Positions 19,143 to 30,043 of a stretch of DNA of 64,000 bases are shown piece after piece. The position numbers and the translations under genes are program-made. Source of the DNA: Candidatus Krumholzibacteriia bacterium (GTDB taxonomy: Bacteria > Krumholzibacteriota > Krumholzibacteriia > LZORAL124-64-63); assembly GCA_050174015.1 (NCBI GenBank), contig JBFXKG010000006.1:1-64000 (forward strand), read 5' to 3'. The first letter of the stretch is position 1. Every line of letters starts with the position of its first letter. A model generated the notes under the pieces. That model searched no databases, had not been told where the DNA came from, and saw nothing but the letters and a program-made list of their open reading frames with translations.

Positions 19143-19926
19143 CGGACCCGCTCCCGTCGGGCCAGGCGGTCCGGTAGGCGGTCCGGAACGTGTAGCCCTC
19201 CTCGCCGCCGCTGCAGAAGAGGACCAGAGGGACGCCGGCGTTCATGGCGAATCCCACGAACTCGAACAGTCCGATGCTGTCGGCCACCTGGTCGAGACCC
19301 GAGAGTCCCAGCACCGCCGGAACCCCGGGCGGGGTCCGATCGAGGTAGCCTTCCTCGCCGGTGAGCAGGGTCTGCAGATGGTCCCACTCGATGACGGTGA
19401 AGGGAGGCAGGTCCCTCAGGACGGCGGGGGTGACGCCCTCCCGTCCCAGCCGCTGCAGGTTGCCCCCGGCCGAAGAGCCCACCGCCCCGGCGCCCATCAT
19501 GACCACGGCCAGGGAGGTCGCGTCCGGCCAGCGGGGTTCGCCCGGCTTGTAGAGCTTCAGGGGGGTCTTGGCCGAGCCGTCCACCTCCGCGATGACGATC
19601 CGGTCGGGATGGCGTGCGAGGAGGCCGTCGACCTCACCGGGGGCCAGCCCCTCCCACTTCCCGTCGCTTCGCGATCCGCCGTGGAGATAGGCCGCAATCG
19701 GCAGGTCATCAGGCGCGGGAGCCTCGTCCAGGGCCCAGGCGGGCACGCCGTCCACGGGCTCGGTGCGGGTGGTGCAGGTCAGCAGGATCCGCAGTCCATC
19801 CTCCACGTAGTGGGCGGCGAGCGCCTTCAGGAGGGAGGTCTTGCCACCCGAACCGCTGATGCCGATGAGGTGTCCGCCCTCCCGCGGCAGGAAATCGGAC
19901 CATGGATCGAGAAAGGCGAAATCCAA
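19129..19926 (-). CDS. yqeC: Selenium cofactor biosynthesis protein YqeC
   Basis: GSGGKTS, TCTTR, EVDGSAKTPLK, EP; context with yqeB. Confidence 0.85.
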   Translation of the reverse strand: MDFAFLDPWSDFLPREGGHLIGISGSGGKTSLLKALAAHYVEDGLRILLTCTTRTEPVDGVPAWALDEAPAPDDLPIAAYLHGGSRSDGKWEGLAPGEVDGLLARHPDRIVIAEVDGSAKTPLKLYKPGEPRWPDATSLAVVMMGAGAVGSSAGGNLQRLGREGVTPAVLRDLPPFTVIEWDHLQTLLTGEEGYLDRTPPGVPAVLGLSGLDQVADSIGLFEFVGFAMNAGVPLVLFCSGGEEGYTFRTAYRTAWPDGSGSDAAE

Positions 19927-19938
19927 ACCCCACTCCTT

Positions 19939-21066
19939 TCAACCGGCCGCGAGGACCCCGGCGTACCAGCGACGCAGGCCGGCCACCATCGAGTCACGGG
20001 TGTACCGCTCCCTGAACAACCGGCGGCCTGCGATTCCCATGGCGGCGGCACGTTCAGGATCCGCCAGCAGCCCCGCCATCGCCGCCGCCAGGGCCGCGCC
20101 GTCCCCCGGGGGGCAGAGGATGGTGGTCCGGTCCCGGATGCCGACCTCGGCCACGCCGGTCGGCAGGTCGGAGGCGATGACCGGCAGCCCCGAGGCCATG
20201 GCCTCCAGCTGGACCAGGCCGAAAGTCTCACCGGCGTCCCGGCTGGGCAGGACCAGCGCCCTGCTGCGCCCCATCAGCCGGACGAGTTCGCGCTCGGGCA
20301 ACCACCCGTGGACCGCCACCCGGTCACGGAGATCCCCTGCAGCGACCGTGTCGAGCAGGCGAGGTCCCAGGGGGCCCTCCCCCACGATGTCCACTTCCAG
20401 GTCGGGCGCGAGCCGCAGGGCCTCCAGCAGGGTGTCGAGTCCCTTGTAGCCGACAAGCCGTCCGACGAAGAGGAACCGCGGCCCCCGCGAGGGTTCGACC
20501 AGGACCCAGGGTTCCCCATCGATGCCGAAGGGGATGACCTCGACCTTGTCCCGCCAGCGCTTCAGCTCCCGGGATCCCTCCCGCAGGGCGTCCGAAGAGA
20601 CGCAGATCCCCGCCGCAGCGGCCAGGCAACCCTGGACCACGGGTCCGACCAGGAGGCGACCCACCCGCTGCCGGGTCATGTCAGCATGGTGCCACACAAC
20701 CAGGGGCGGCAGGGCGAATCCCCCGGCCCGCAGCAGCATCCAGCCGGCCGCCGCAAGGGGATTGGGCAGGTGCAGGTGGACCAGTTCGGGCCGGTGAGCG
20801 GCAAGCACCCGCCGCAAGGCGGCGGGAAGATCCAGGACCAGGGGCTGGGAGTTGAGGACGCCCTGGACCGGCAGGCGGATCACCCTGCCTTCGGCAGGCG
20901 AGGATGAAGCGCCGATCGCCTGAAGCCGGGGCGCCCCGTCCCCCCCGGCGGCCAGGACGGTGACGTCGTCCCCGGCGTCGACCAGGCCCTCGGCCAGGTT
21001 GGCCAGGACCGTTTCCATCCCCCCCGGAGAGGGAGGGTAATATTTTCCCAGGTGGAGGACCCTCAT
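19939..21066 (-). CDS. GT4-family glycosyltransferase
   Basis: GKYYPP..GGME, FVGRLVGYKG, ETFGLVQLEAMASGLPVI. Confidence 0.92.
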   Translation of the reverse strand: MRVLHLGKYYPPSPGGMETVLANLAEGLVDAGDDVTVLAAGGDGAPRLQAIGASSSPAEGRVIRLPVQGVLNSQPLVLDLPAALRRVLAAHRPELVHLHLPNPLAAAGWMLLRAGGFALPPLVVWHHADMTRQRVGRLLVGPVVQGCLAAAAGICVSSDALREGSRELKRWRDKVEVIPFGIDGEPWVLVEPSRGPRFLFVGRLVGYKGLDTLLEALRLAPDLEVDIVGEGPLGPRLLDTVAAGDLRDRVAVHGWLPERELVRLMGRSRALVLPSRDAGETFGLVQLEAMASGLPVIASDLPTGVAEVGIRDRTTILCPPGDGAALAAAMAGLLADPERAAAMGIAGRRLFRERYTRDSMVAGLRRWYAGVLAAG

Positions 21067-21122
21067 GTCCGGATAGTAAATCAATCGCCCCGGATTACAA
21101 GGATGTCGGGAAAGACAATGTC

Positions 21123-21159
21123 TTGCAGCGCGCGCCCGGCCTTGTTAGCATGTTAACAT
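21123..21159 (+). promoter_or_regulatory. Putative sigma-70 promoter with an overlapping palindrome
   Basis: TTGCAG-N17-TAGCAT with extended TGn; palindrome ATGTTAACAT at 21150-21159. Confidence 0.5.
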
Positions 21160-21250
21160 CTTCTCCCCGGCGCCCTCGGTCCGGGCCATCCCTGGCGATC
21201 GTGGCGGGCCGTGGGCCGGATGCGGCCGGGGCGGGAACAAGGGGGTCGCC

Positions 21251-21967
21251 ATGCCCATGCCCATTTCCGAGAAGCTCATCCTCCGTCAGATCAACCACTG
21301 GAACCGACTGCGCGAACTGCTGAAGGCCGAGGAACCTCCCGCCCCCCGGAAGCGCGGCCCGGTCATCACCATCTCCCGCCAGGCCGGAAGCGGCGGCCGC
21401 CTCCTCGCCGCCGCCCTCGCCTCCCGGCTCGGCATCGAGCTCCAGGACCAGTCCCTGGTGGACAGGATCGCCCGCGACAGGAACCTCGAGAAGGAGTTGG
21501 TGGCCAGGCTCGACGAGCAGGTGATCGACCAGGCGGCACTCTGGGTGGAGGGGGTCATCAAGCGGCGGATCTTCCTCAAGGACGAATACCACGTGGCGCT
21601 GGTCAAGGCCATCTCGAGACTGGCCGCCCGTGGCGGCGTGGTCTTCCTCGGCCGCGGAGCCGAATTGATCCTCAAGGAAAACGCCGATCTCCGCATCCGC
21701 CTGGTGGCCTCCCGCCAGGTGAGGCTCGCCAATCTCCAGGACCGGACCGGGCTGAGCCGGGCGGAAGCCCGGGCGCTCATGGAGGAGAACGACAGGCGAC
21801 GGTCCGAGTTCATCCGCAGCATCTTCAAGGTCGAACCCGGCCGGCCCGAGGACTTCGACCTGGTCCTCAACGCCGACCGCATGAGCGTCGAGCAGATGAC
21901 CGAGCTTTCCCTCCTCGCCATGATCCAGACCCAGGGTCCGGGACTCGCCGCCGCGGCCGGGAGCTGA
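21251..21967 (+). CDS. Cytidylate kinase-like family protein
   Basis: VITISRQAGSGG, VFLGRGA, DRRRSEF, FDLVLN. Confidence 0.88.
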   Translation: MPMPISEKLILRQINHWNRLRELLKAEEPPAPRKRGPVITISRQAGSGGRLLAAALASRLGIELQDQSLVDRIARDRNLEKELVARLDEQVIDQAALWVEGVIKRRIFLKDEYHVALVKAISRLAARGGVVFLGRGAELILKENADLRIRLVASRQVRLANLQDRTGLSRAEARALMEENDRRRSEFIRSIFKVEPGRPEDFDLVLNADRMSVEQMTELSLLAMIQTQGPGLAAAAGS

Positions 21968-22003
21968 GAGACGCGGCTCCGAGCCCCCCGCCTTCACTCA
22001 TCG

Positions 22004-22036
22004 AAAAACCCCCTCCGGTCCGGGACCGGAGGGGGT
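22004..22036 (-). terminator. Rho-independent terminator of groEL
   Basis: CCCCCTCCGGTC/GACCGGAGGGGG stem followed by TTTTT on the minus strand. Confidence 0.85.
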
Positions 22037-22064
22037 CTGCCTTGCGCGGGGCCGACAGGGGGGA

Positions 22065-23726
<1,662 letters not shown>

Positions 23727-23780
23727 TCAAGCCCCCGGGTCATGGCCGGGGCGGAATGAAATTGGAATCCTGTCCCCGGA

Positions 23781-24071
23781 TCAGTCCAGGATGGCCAGGA
23801 CGTCGCTCTCGCGGAGGATCAGGTAGTCGGCGCCGTCGACGTTGACCTCGGTGCCGGCGTACTTCCCGTACAGGACGATGTCGCCCTTCTTGACCTCGGG
23901 GGCGACCCGCTCGCCCTTGTCGCTGAGCTGGCCGGGGCCGACCGCGACGATCTTGCCCTGCTGGGGCTTTTCCTTGGCGGTGTCGGGAATGATGATCCCG
24001 CCCTTCATGGTTTCCTTCTCCATGGGGGCGACGACGACACGGTCGGCCAGGGGCTTCAACTTGATGGCCAT
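23781..24071 (-). CDS. groES: Co-chaperonin GroES
   Basis: [29 protein letters not shown]. Confidence 0.98.
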   Translation of the reverse strand: MAIKLKPLADRVVVAPMEKETMKGGIIIPDTAKEKPQQGKIVAVGPGQLSDKGERVAPEVKKGDIVLYGKYAGTEVNVDGADYLILRESDVLAILD

Positions 24072-24114
24072 GGTCTTTCCTCCATCAATGGCTTCCATTG
24101 TATCCGGGACTGTC

Positions 24115-24141
24115 TTGGCAGTCCCGGGCTTCGACTGCTAA
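24115..24141 (-). promoter_or_regulatory. CIRCE-like inverted repeat (HrcA operator variant)
   Basis: Minus strand TTAGCAGTC-N9-GACTGCCAA versus consensus TTAGCACTC-N9-GAGTGCTAA, lying between the promoter and groES. Confidence 0.8.
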
Positions 24142-24150
24142 TCGTGGCGG

Positions 24151-24178
24151 AATATACCCGATCGATGGCGGGGCGCAA
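24151..24178 (-). promoter_or_regulatory. Putative groESL promoter
   Basis: Minus strand TTGCGC-N16-TATATT immediately upstream of the CIRCE. Confidence 0.55.
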
Positions 24179-24323
24179 GAGGTTTGGGGGTGGTTTGGCC
24201 AAAAAAATGAATTAGCGCAGGGGGTCTGCCAATATGGCAGGGCATCAAGGGCGGAGCGGGCGGTTCGTTGTCCAGGTGACGATTTTCCAGATACTTGGGT
24301 CACCTTCCCATTCCCACCGGATC

Positions 24324-25145
24324 TCAGGGGGCGGGCCGTCGATTGACAGCCATCCAGGCGGCGCCGCGCAGGGTCCAGAAAGGGTCATGAACCCAGCCGG
24401 GCCGTTGCAGGAAGCGGGCGAGTCCGCCGGTCAGGACCACCGGCCGCTCCCCGTAGACGGCCAGGAGGCCGTCGATGGTTCCCAGAACGCCGAAACGGCC
24501 GGCGTGCCACGACCCGGCAGCCAGGGCCCCCGCGGTATCCGCCCCCACCTCCAGGGGGCGGGGCCCGAAAGGCACGGGGTGGAGCCGCGCCGCGGTCTCG
24601 CCGATCTTCCGGGCGGCGAAGGCCATGCCCGGAGCGATCAAGCCGCCCCGGAACACCCCGTCGGCCAGGAGGTCGAAGGTGGTCGCCGTCCCCGCGTCCA
24701 CGATCAGGGCGTCCCGCAGCCCGCAGGCCGCCGCCAGGGCGACGTTGGCGATCCGGTCGGGTCCCACGGCGGCCGGATCGGAGACGCCCCAGACGAAGGG
24801 CGCGGGCCAGGTGTGGTCGAGGATCTCCACATCCGGCAGGACCCCTGCAAGGGCGGCCGTCAGCGCCGGCACCACGGAGACCAGGACCCGGCGCCCGAAT
24901 GCCGGATCTCCGGAAAAGGCCGCCACCTCGGCCAGGAAGGAATCCTCGGCGGAGGCGCCGGGCGGAGGGTTGTCCAGGTGACGCACCCGATCCAGGGGGG
25001 CCAGGTCCTGCGGATCCACGGCGCCCCGACCGCCGATCCCGGGCAGGTGAAGGGCAGGTCGGCAACCGGCCATCGTCAGCCGGGAATTCCCGGCATCGAG
25101 CACCAGGATTCCATCGTCCTTCCGCTTCCCGTCAGCCAGGGACAC
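24324..25145 (-). CDS. coaX: Type III pantothenate kinase
   Basis: VLDAGNS, SVVP, GPDR, VDAGTATTFD, GGLIAPG, LTGG. GTG start after GGAGG. Confidence 0.9.
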   Translation of the reverse strand: MSLADGKRKDDGILVLDAGNSRLTMAGCRPALHLPGIGGRGAVDPQDLAPLDRVRHLDNPPPGASAEDSFLAEVAAFSGDPAFGRRVLVSVVPALTAALAGVLPDVEILDHTWPAPFVWGVSDPAAVGPDRIANVALAAACGLRDALIVDAGTATTFDLLADGVFRGGLIAPGMAFAARKIGETAARLHPVPFGPRPLEVGADTAGALAAGSWHAGRFGVLGTIDGLLAVYGERPVVLTGGLARFLQRPGWVHDPFWTLRGAAWMAVNRRPAP

Positions 25146-25156
25146 CCATACCCTCC

Positions 25157-26065
25157 TCAGGCCTGATCCAGGGCGAGCACGTGCACGTCGCCGACCTGGA
25201 CGAGTTCGATCCTGCCGTCGGCCGTTTCGAGCCGCAAGGCTCCGCCGTCGTCGATGCCGACGGCGCGGCCCTCGTACACCCGGCCGACCGACTTCACGAT
25301 GATCGAGCGTCCGAGCAGGCAATCCAGGTTGGCCAGCCCCTGGCGATAGGGTGCCCACCCCTCCTCCTCGAACCGGTCCAGCTCGTCCTCCACGCGGTTG
25401 ACCAGGGCGCCGGCGATCAAGCCCGGCCGGACCTCGCGACCCGTCTCCATCACCACGCTGGTGGCCTTGCCCTGCAGGTCGGCGGGGAAGCCGCCCGGGC
25501 CGGTCATCAGGTTGAGCCCGAGGCCCGCCACGGTGAGGGACCGGTCGGCGATCACCTGCCTTTGGAGGAGGATCCCGCCCAGCTTGCGGTTGCCCACCAC
25601 CAGGTCGTTGGGCCACTTGAGCCTGGCGTCGACGTGCAGCGACTCCCGCACCACCAGGACCGTCATCAGGCCCAGCCAGACCGAGAAACCGCGGTCCAGC
25701 GCCACCCGGTGCTGGGGAATGACGACCGAGAGGTTCAACCCTCCGCAGTCCAGCCAGGATCGGCCCTGGCGGCCGTGCCCGGCGGTCTGTCTGCGGGCGA
25801 CCACGACCGTCCCCGGGCCCGCGTCGGCGACCGGCGGCCAGACCCGCTGTTCCTGGGCCCGCCAGCCCCAGCCGTCCCAGAGGCACAACCGGCCGGACGC
25901 CGGGCCTCCCATCCCCCGCAGGAAATCGTTGGTGCTGCCGACCTCATCCAGGAGGTACAGCCGGCCACCGCCGCGGAGGAAGCGTTCCCCGGGTGTGAAG
26001 GCGGCCAGACCGAACCAGTCCCGGTGGATGGGCCCGCTGACGCGGTCGCGAAGGTTGCTCATCAC
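25157..26065 (-). CDS. birA: Biotin--[acetyl-CoA-carboxylase] ligase (no N-terminal HTH)
   Basis: GSTND, QTAGHGRQGRSW, LKWPND, KLGGIL, GLGLN. Confidence 0.9.
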   Translation of the reverse strand: MMSNLRDRVSGPIHRDWFGLAAFTPGERFLRGGGRLYLLDEVGSTNDFLRGMGGPASGRLCLWDGWGWRAQEQRVWPPVADAGPGTVVVARRQTAGHGRQGRSWLDCGGLNLSVVIPQHRVALDRGFSVWLGLMTVLVVRESLHVDARLKWPNDLVVGNRKLGGILLQRQVIADRSLTVAGLGLNLMTGPGGFPADLQGKATSVVMETGREVRPGLIAGALVNRVEDELDRFEEEGWAPYRQGLANLDCLLGRSIIVKSVGRVYEGRAVGIDDGGALRLETADGRIELVQVGDVHVLALDQA

Positions 26066-26973
26066 GCACCCCCGCCGGAAGCGCCGCCAAGGGACGCCAT
26101 GTCCAGACCCAGGTCCCAGGCCGGCGCAGAATGCGTGAGCCTGCCGATCGAAACGGCATCGCTGCCCGCGGCCGCATAGGAGCGGATGCTCTCGAGGTCG
26201 ACGTTGCCCGAGGACTCCAGCCGGGTGGGGACCGCGGCCTCATCCCGCAGACGGACGGCCTCGCGGGTCTGATCGACGGTGAAGTTGTCCAGGAGGATCC
26301 ACTCCACGCCCAGGCCCAGCACCTGGGCCAACTGGTCCAGACCGTCCACCTCCACTTCCACCGCAAGGTCGGGAGACAGCCGGCGGGAGCGGGCGACCAT
26401 CGCGGCGATCCCCCCGGATCCGCCGGTCCAGTGGTTGTCCTTCAGCATGATCCGGTCGAAGAGTCCCAGGCGAGGGTTGACGCCGCCGCCGCAACGGACG
26501 GCGTACTTCGCCAGCAGGCGGTATCCCGGCAGGGTCTTGCGCGTGTCCAGGACGAGGCAATCCGTCCCCCGGACGGCCGCCACGTAGCGCGCCGTCAGGG
26601 TGGCGATGCCGCCGAGGTGCTGCAGGAAGTTCAGCGCCGTTCGCTCCCCGGTGAGCAGGGAGGACACCGGTCCTTCCAGACGGGCGAGGACCCGGCCCGC
26701 GGGCACCGGGGCGCCTTCGGGCTCCCGGATCGAGACGACGACCCGGGGGTCCAGGGCGCCATAGACCATGCCGAGCAGCGGCAGCCCCGCGACGACCCCC
26801 GGCTGCCTGGGGACCAACAGGGCTTCGCCCCGCACGTCGGGATCGACGGCCACCGCGGTGGTGGCGTCCCCGGTCCCGACGTCCTCCTCGAGACTCTGCC
26901 GGACCAGGGCATCCAGCCAGGGCCCCCGGGGGAACGTGCGGTCCAGGTCGCGGTTCCTCACTCGCTCATCCAT
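26062..26973 (-). CDS. nadC: Nicotinate-nucleotide diphosphorylase (quinolinate phosphoribosyltransferase)
   Basis: [34 protein letters not shown]. Confidence 0.94.
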   Translation of the reverse strand: MDERVRNRDLDRTFPRGPWLDALVRQSLEEDVGTGDATTAVAVDPDVRGEALLVPRQPGVVAGLPLLGMVYGALDPRVVVSIREPEGAPVPAGRVLARLEGPVSSLLTGERTALNFLQHLGGIATLTARYVAAVRGTDCLVLDTRKTLPGYRLLAKYAVRCGGGVNPRLGLFDRIMLKDNHWTGGSGGIAAMVARSRRLSPDLAVEVEVDGLDQLAQVLGLGVEWILLDNFTVDQTREAVRLRDEAAVPTRLESSGNVDLESIRSYAAAGSDAVSIGRLTHSAPAWDLGLDMASLGGASGGGA

Positions 26974-28972
26974 TTCCGATGCCCCACTGCGCCTTGAGAT
27001 CGTCCAACCGGTCCCGCAGCGAAGCCGCCTTCTCGAACTCCAGGTCGGCGGCGGCCCGGCGCATCTCCTGCTCGAGCCATTCGCACAGTTCACGGGGAGA
27101 GAGCTTCTCGTCAAGGACGATCTCCCACGGCCGGTCGGGTCGGGACCGGTCCTCCAGCCCCCTCTGGCCGGCGGCGGACGTGGACTGGAGGATCTCCTCC
27201 CGGGTCTTGGTGACGGACCGGGGAACGATCCCGTGCTCCCGGTTCCAGGCGAGCTGGCGTTCCCTTCTCCGGTTGGTCTCGGCGATCGCCCGGTCCATGG
27301 ACCTCGTCACGGTGTCGGCGTACATGATCACTTCCCCGTTGACGTTCCGGGCGGCTCGGCCGGCCGTCTGGATCAGGCTGCGCTCGCTGCGCAGGAAGCC
27401 CTCCCGGTCGGCGTCCAGGATGGCCACCAGCGAGACCTCCGGCAGATCCAGGCCCTCCCGGAGGAGGTTCACCCCCACCAGGACGTCGCTCTGCCCGAGC
27501 CTCAGCCGACGGAGGATCTCGATCCGGTCCAGGGCCGTGATGTCCGAATGCAGGTAGCTGACCTTGACGCCGGCCTGCGCCAGGAAGTCGGTCAGATCCT
27601 CGGACATCTTCTTGGTCAGGGTCGTGACCAGCACCCGTTCCCCCCGCCCCACCACGACCCGGATGCGCTCCAGCAGGTCGTCCACCTGGTGACGCACGGG
27701 GCGGACGGTGATCGGCGGATCCACCAGCCCGGTGGGGCGGATCACCTGTTCGACGACCACCCCGCCCGACTTCTCCAGCTCGTAGTCGCCCGGAGTGGCC
27801 GAGACGAAGATCGTCTGGGGCATGACCTGTTCGAACTCGGCGAAGGTCAGGGGCCGGTTGTCCAGGGCGCTGGGCAGCCGGAATCCGTGTTCGACCAGGT
27901 TGAGCTTGCGGGAGCGGTCCCCCTGGTACATGGCCCCGATCTGGGGGATGGTCGCGTGCGATTCGTCGATGACCAGGAGGTAGTCCTCGGGAAAGTAGTC
28001 CAGCAGGCAGGCGGGACGCTGACCCGCCTCGCGGCCGTCGAAGTAGCGGGAGTAGTTCTCGACCCCGGGGCAGTGGCCGATCTGCTGGATCATCTCCATG
28101 TCGTACCGCGTCCGGGAGGCGAGACGCTGGGCCTCGAGGGTCCTCCCATCCCGGTCCAGTTCGCCGAGCCGGATCTCCAGGTCCCTGCCGATGGCGTCGA
28201 TGACCGGTCCGGTGCCGCCGCTTCCGGTGACGAACTGCGTGGCGGGATAGACGGCCGCGGCCCCGGCCTTCTCGAGACTCCGCCCGGTCAGGGGTTCGAT
28301 CCAGGTGAGCGCCTCGATCTCGTCCCCGAAGAACTCCACGCGCAGGATGCGGTCGTCGAATCCCGAACGGATCTCCACCGTGTCCCCGCGCGCCCTGAAG
28401 GTCCCGTAGTCGGTGGCGATGTCGTTGCGGCCGTAATGGACCGCGACCAGGCGTTTCAGGAGTTCGTCGCGTTCCAGGCGGTCTCCCACCGCCAGGGGAA
28501 TGATCCCCTCCCTGAAGGTGGTGGGATTGCCCACGCCGTAGATGGCCGACACGCTGGCGACCACGATGACGTCCCGACGCGCCAGCAGGCTGCTGGTCGC
28601 CCGCAGGCGCAGGCGTTCGATCTCCTCGTTGATGCTCGTGTCCTTCTCGATGTAGGTGTTGGTCGCGGGGATGTAGGCCTCGGGTTGGTAGTAGTCGTAG
28701 TAGGAGATGTAGTACTCGACGGCGTTGGCGGGGAAGAAGCCCTTCAGCTCCCCGTAGAGCTGGGCGGCCAGGGTCTTGTTGTGGCTGAAGATCAAGGCGG
28801 GCCGTTCCAGCTGGGCGATGGCGCTGGCGATGGTGAAGGTCTTGCCCGACCCGGTCACGCCCAGCAGGGTCTGGCAGCGGGCCCCACGCCGGATCTCGGC
28901 GGTCAGTTCCCGGATGGCCTGGGGCTGGTCGCCGGTCGGTCCGAAGGGTGCAACGAGCTTGAAGGTCGCCAT
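26966..28972 (-). CDS. uvrB: Excinuclease ABC subunit B
   Basis: [32 protein letters not shown]-terminal UVR domain. Confidence 0.98.
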   Translation of the reverse strand: MATFKLVAPFGPTGDQPQAIRELTAEIRRGARCQTLLGVTGSGKTFTIASAIAQLERPALIFSHNKTLAAQLYGELKGFFPANAVEYYISYYDYYQPEAYIPATNTYIEKDTSINEEIERLRLRATSSLLARRDVIVVASVSAIYGVGNPTTFREGIIPLAVGDRLERDELLKRLVAVHYGRNDIATDYGTFRARGDTVEIRSGFDDRILRVEFFGDEIEALTWIEPLTGRSLEKAGAAAVYPATQFVTGSGGTGPVIDAIGRDLEIRLGELDRDGRTLEAQRLASRTRYDMEMIQQIGHCPGVENYSRYFDGREAGQRPACLLDYFPEDYLLVIDESHATIPQIGAMYQGDRSRKLNLVEHGFRLPSALDNRPLTFAEFEQVMPQTIFVSATPGDYELEKSGGVVVEQVIRPTGLVDPPITVRPVRHQVDDLLERIRVVVGRGERVLVTTLTKKMSEDLTDFLAQAGVKVSYLHSDITALDRIEILRRLRLGQSDVLVGVNLLREGLDLPEVSLVAILDADREGFLRSERSLIQTAGRAARNVNGEVIMYADTVTRSMDRAIAETNRRRERQLAWNREHGIVPRSVTKTREEILQSTSAAGQRGLEDRSRPDRPWEIVLDEKLSPRELCEWLEQEMRRAAADLEFEKAASLRDRLDDLKAQWGIGNG

Positions 28973-29017
28973 GTCTAGCCCTGCCCTCCGCAGCAGGCCC
29001 GTCCGGGACTCGCTGGA

Positions 29018-29974
29018 TCAGCCGCCGGTCGAATGGCGGTCGAGCAGGATCTCCTGGCCGATCCCCAGCCCTTCCACCTGGTGGAGGTTTCCGTTGAGGT
29101 GGACCTCGACGCCCCTGGTCCGGCCGAGGCGCAGGCTGAAATGATCCCCAGCCCCCCAGTAGACGACGAAACCCTCCCGGCATCCGTAGACCAGGCCCGG
29201 GCGGATGTCCCCGGCGGGCAAGGGCGGCGGGTCCCCCTCCCGGGGCCAGACCGCAGCGGTGAATCCGGCGGCGGAATCCGAGCGGACCTCGACCTCCATC
29301 TTCTCCGGGCACAGGACCCGCAGGACGAGGTTGGGTGCGACAGTTCCCTGAAGGTCGAGGTCGGTGGTGCCCGGCAACGCCGGCGGCGGAAGGACCAGGG
29401 TCTCCGCCTCTTTTCCGACGACCGCGCCGGCGGCAGCGCTGTCCGGCGGGGTTCCGACCGCTTCCAGCGAATCGGCGAGGGCGCCCGCCTGATCCACGAT
29501 CCCCCCGTCTCCCGCCCCCGTTCCGGATTCACCGGACGGGGCCGATCCACCGTCTCCAGGGGAATCCTCACCCCGGTCGAGCAGGGTGAACAGCCCGGCG
29601 CCCACCAGGATGCAGACGACCGCGATGCCGAGCAGGGGTTTCCAGGGCACGCCGATCTTCTGGACGACGACCTCCTCCTCCTCCCAGACGGGGTGGTCGG
29701 CCGTCCCGGCGTTCGGAGTCCTCTCCCCGGACATCTTGGCGTAGAGGTCGAGGATCCGGTCGGGATCCAGACCGATGTCGGCGGCATAGGTCCGCAGGAA
29801 GCTGCGCACGTAGAGGTGGCCCGAGATCTTGTGGTACTCGTCCGCCTCGATGGCCGCCAGCATCGCCGGCGGGATCTTCGTGCGCGCAGCCACGACCTCG
29901 AGGCTGTCGCCCTGGGCCTTGCGCGCGCCGGCAAGCATCTCGCCCGGAGTCTGCAGCAGGGGCTGATCCGTCAT
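29018..29974 (-). CDS. RodZ-like HTH/TM protein
   Basis: N-terminal HTH (YVRSFLRTYA), single TM, C-terminal DUF4115-like beta domain. Confidence 0.8.
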   Translation of the reverse strand: MTDQPLLQTPGEMLAGARKAQGDSLEVVAARTKIPPAMLAAIEADEYHKISGHLYVRSFLRTYAADIGLDPDRILDLYAKMSGERTPNAGTADHPVWEEEEVVVQKIGVPWKPLLGIAVVCILVGAGLFTLLDRGEDSPGDGGSAPSGESGTGAGDGGIVDQAGALADSLEAVGTPPDSAAAGAVVGKEAETLVLPPPALPGTTDLDLQGTVAPNLVLRVLCPEKMEVEVRSDSAAGFTAAVWPREGDPPPLPAGDIRPGLVYGCREGFVVYWGAGDHFSLRLGRTRGVEVHLNGNLHQVEGLGIGQEILLDRHSTGG

Positions 29975-30043
29975 CCCGCTTTCCTTTCCGGGGACGGCGG
30001 CTCCGCCGTCCCGTATTCCGGCCCTGGCGCGCCAGGCCGGATG

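Noticed and set aside
16846..19926. Selenocysteine UGA readthrough in the selenium-related cluster
   Set aside because: All four proteins look full length, with no in-frame UGA needing recoding.
24212..24232. Second CIRCE-like sequence TTAGCGCAG...TCTGCCAA
   Set aside because: The spacer is far shorter than 9 nt and the arms are poorly complementary.
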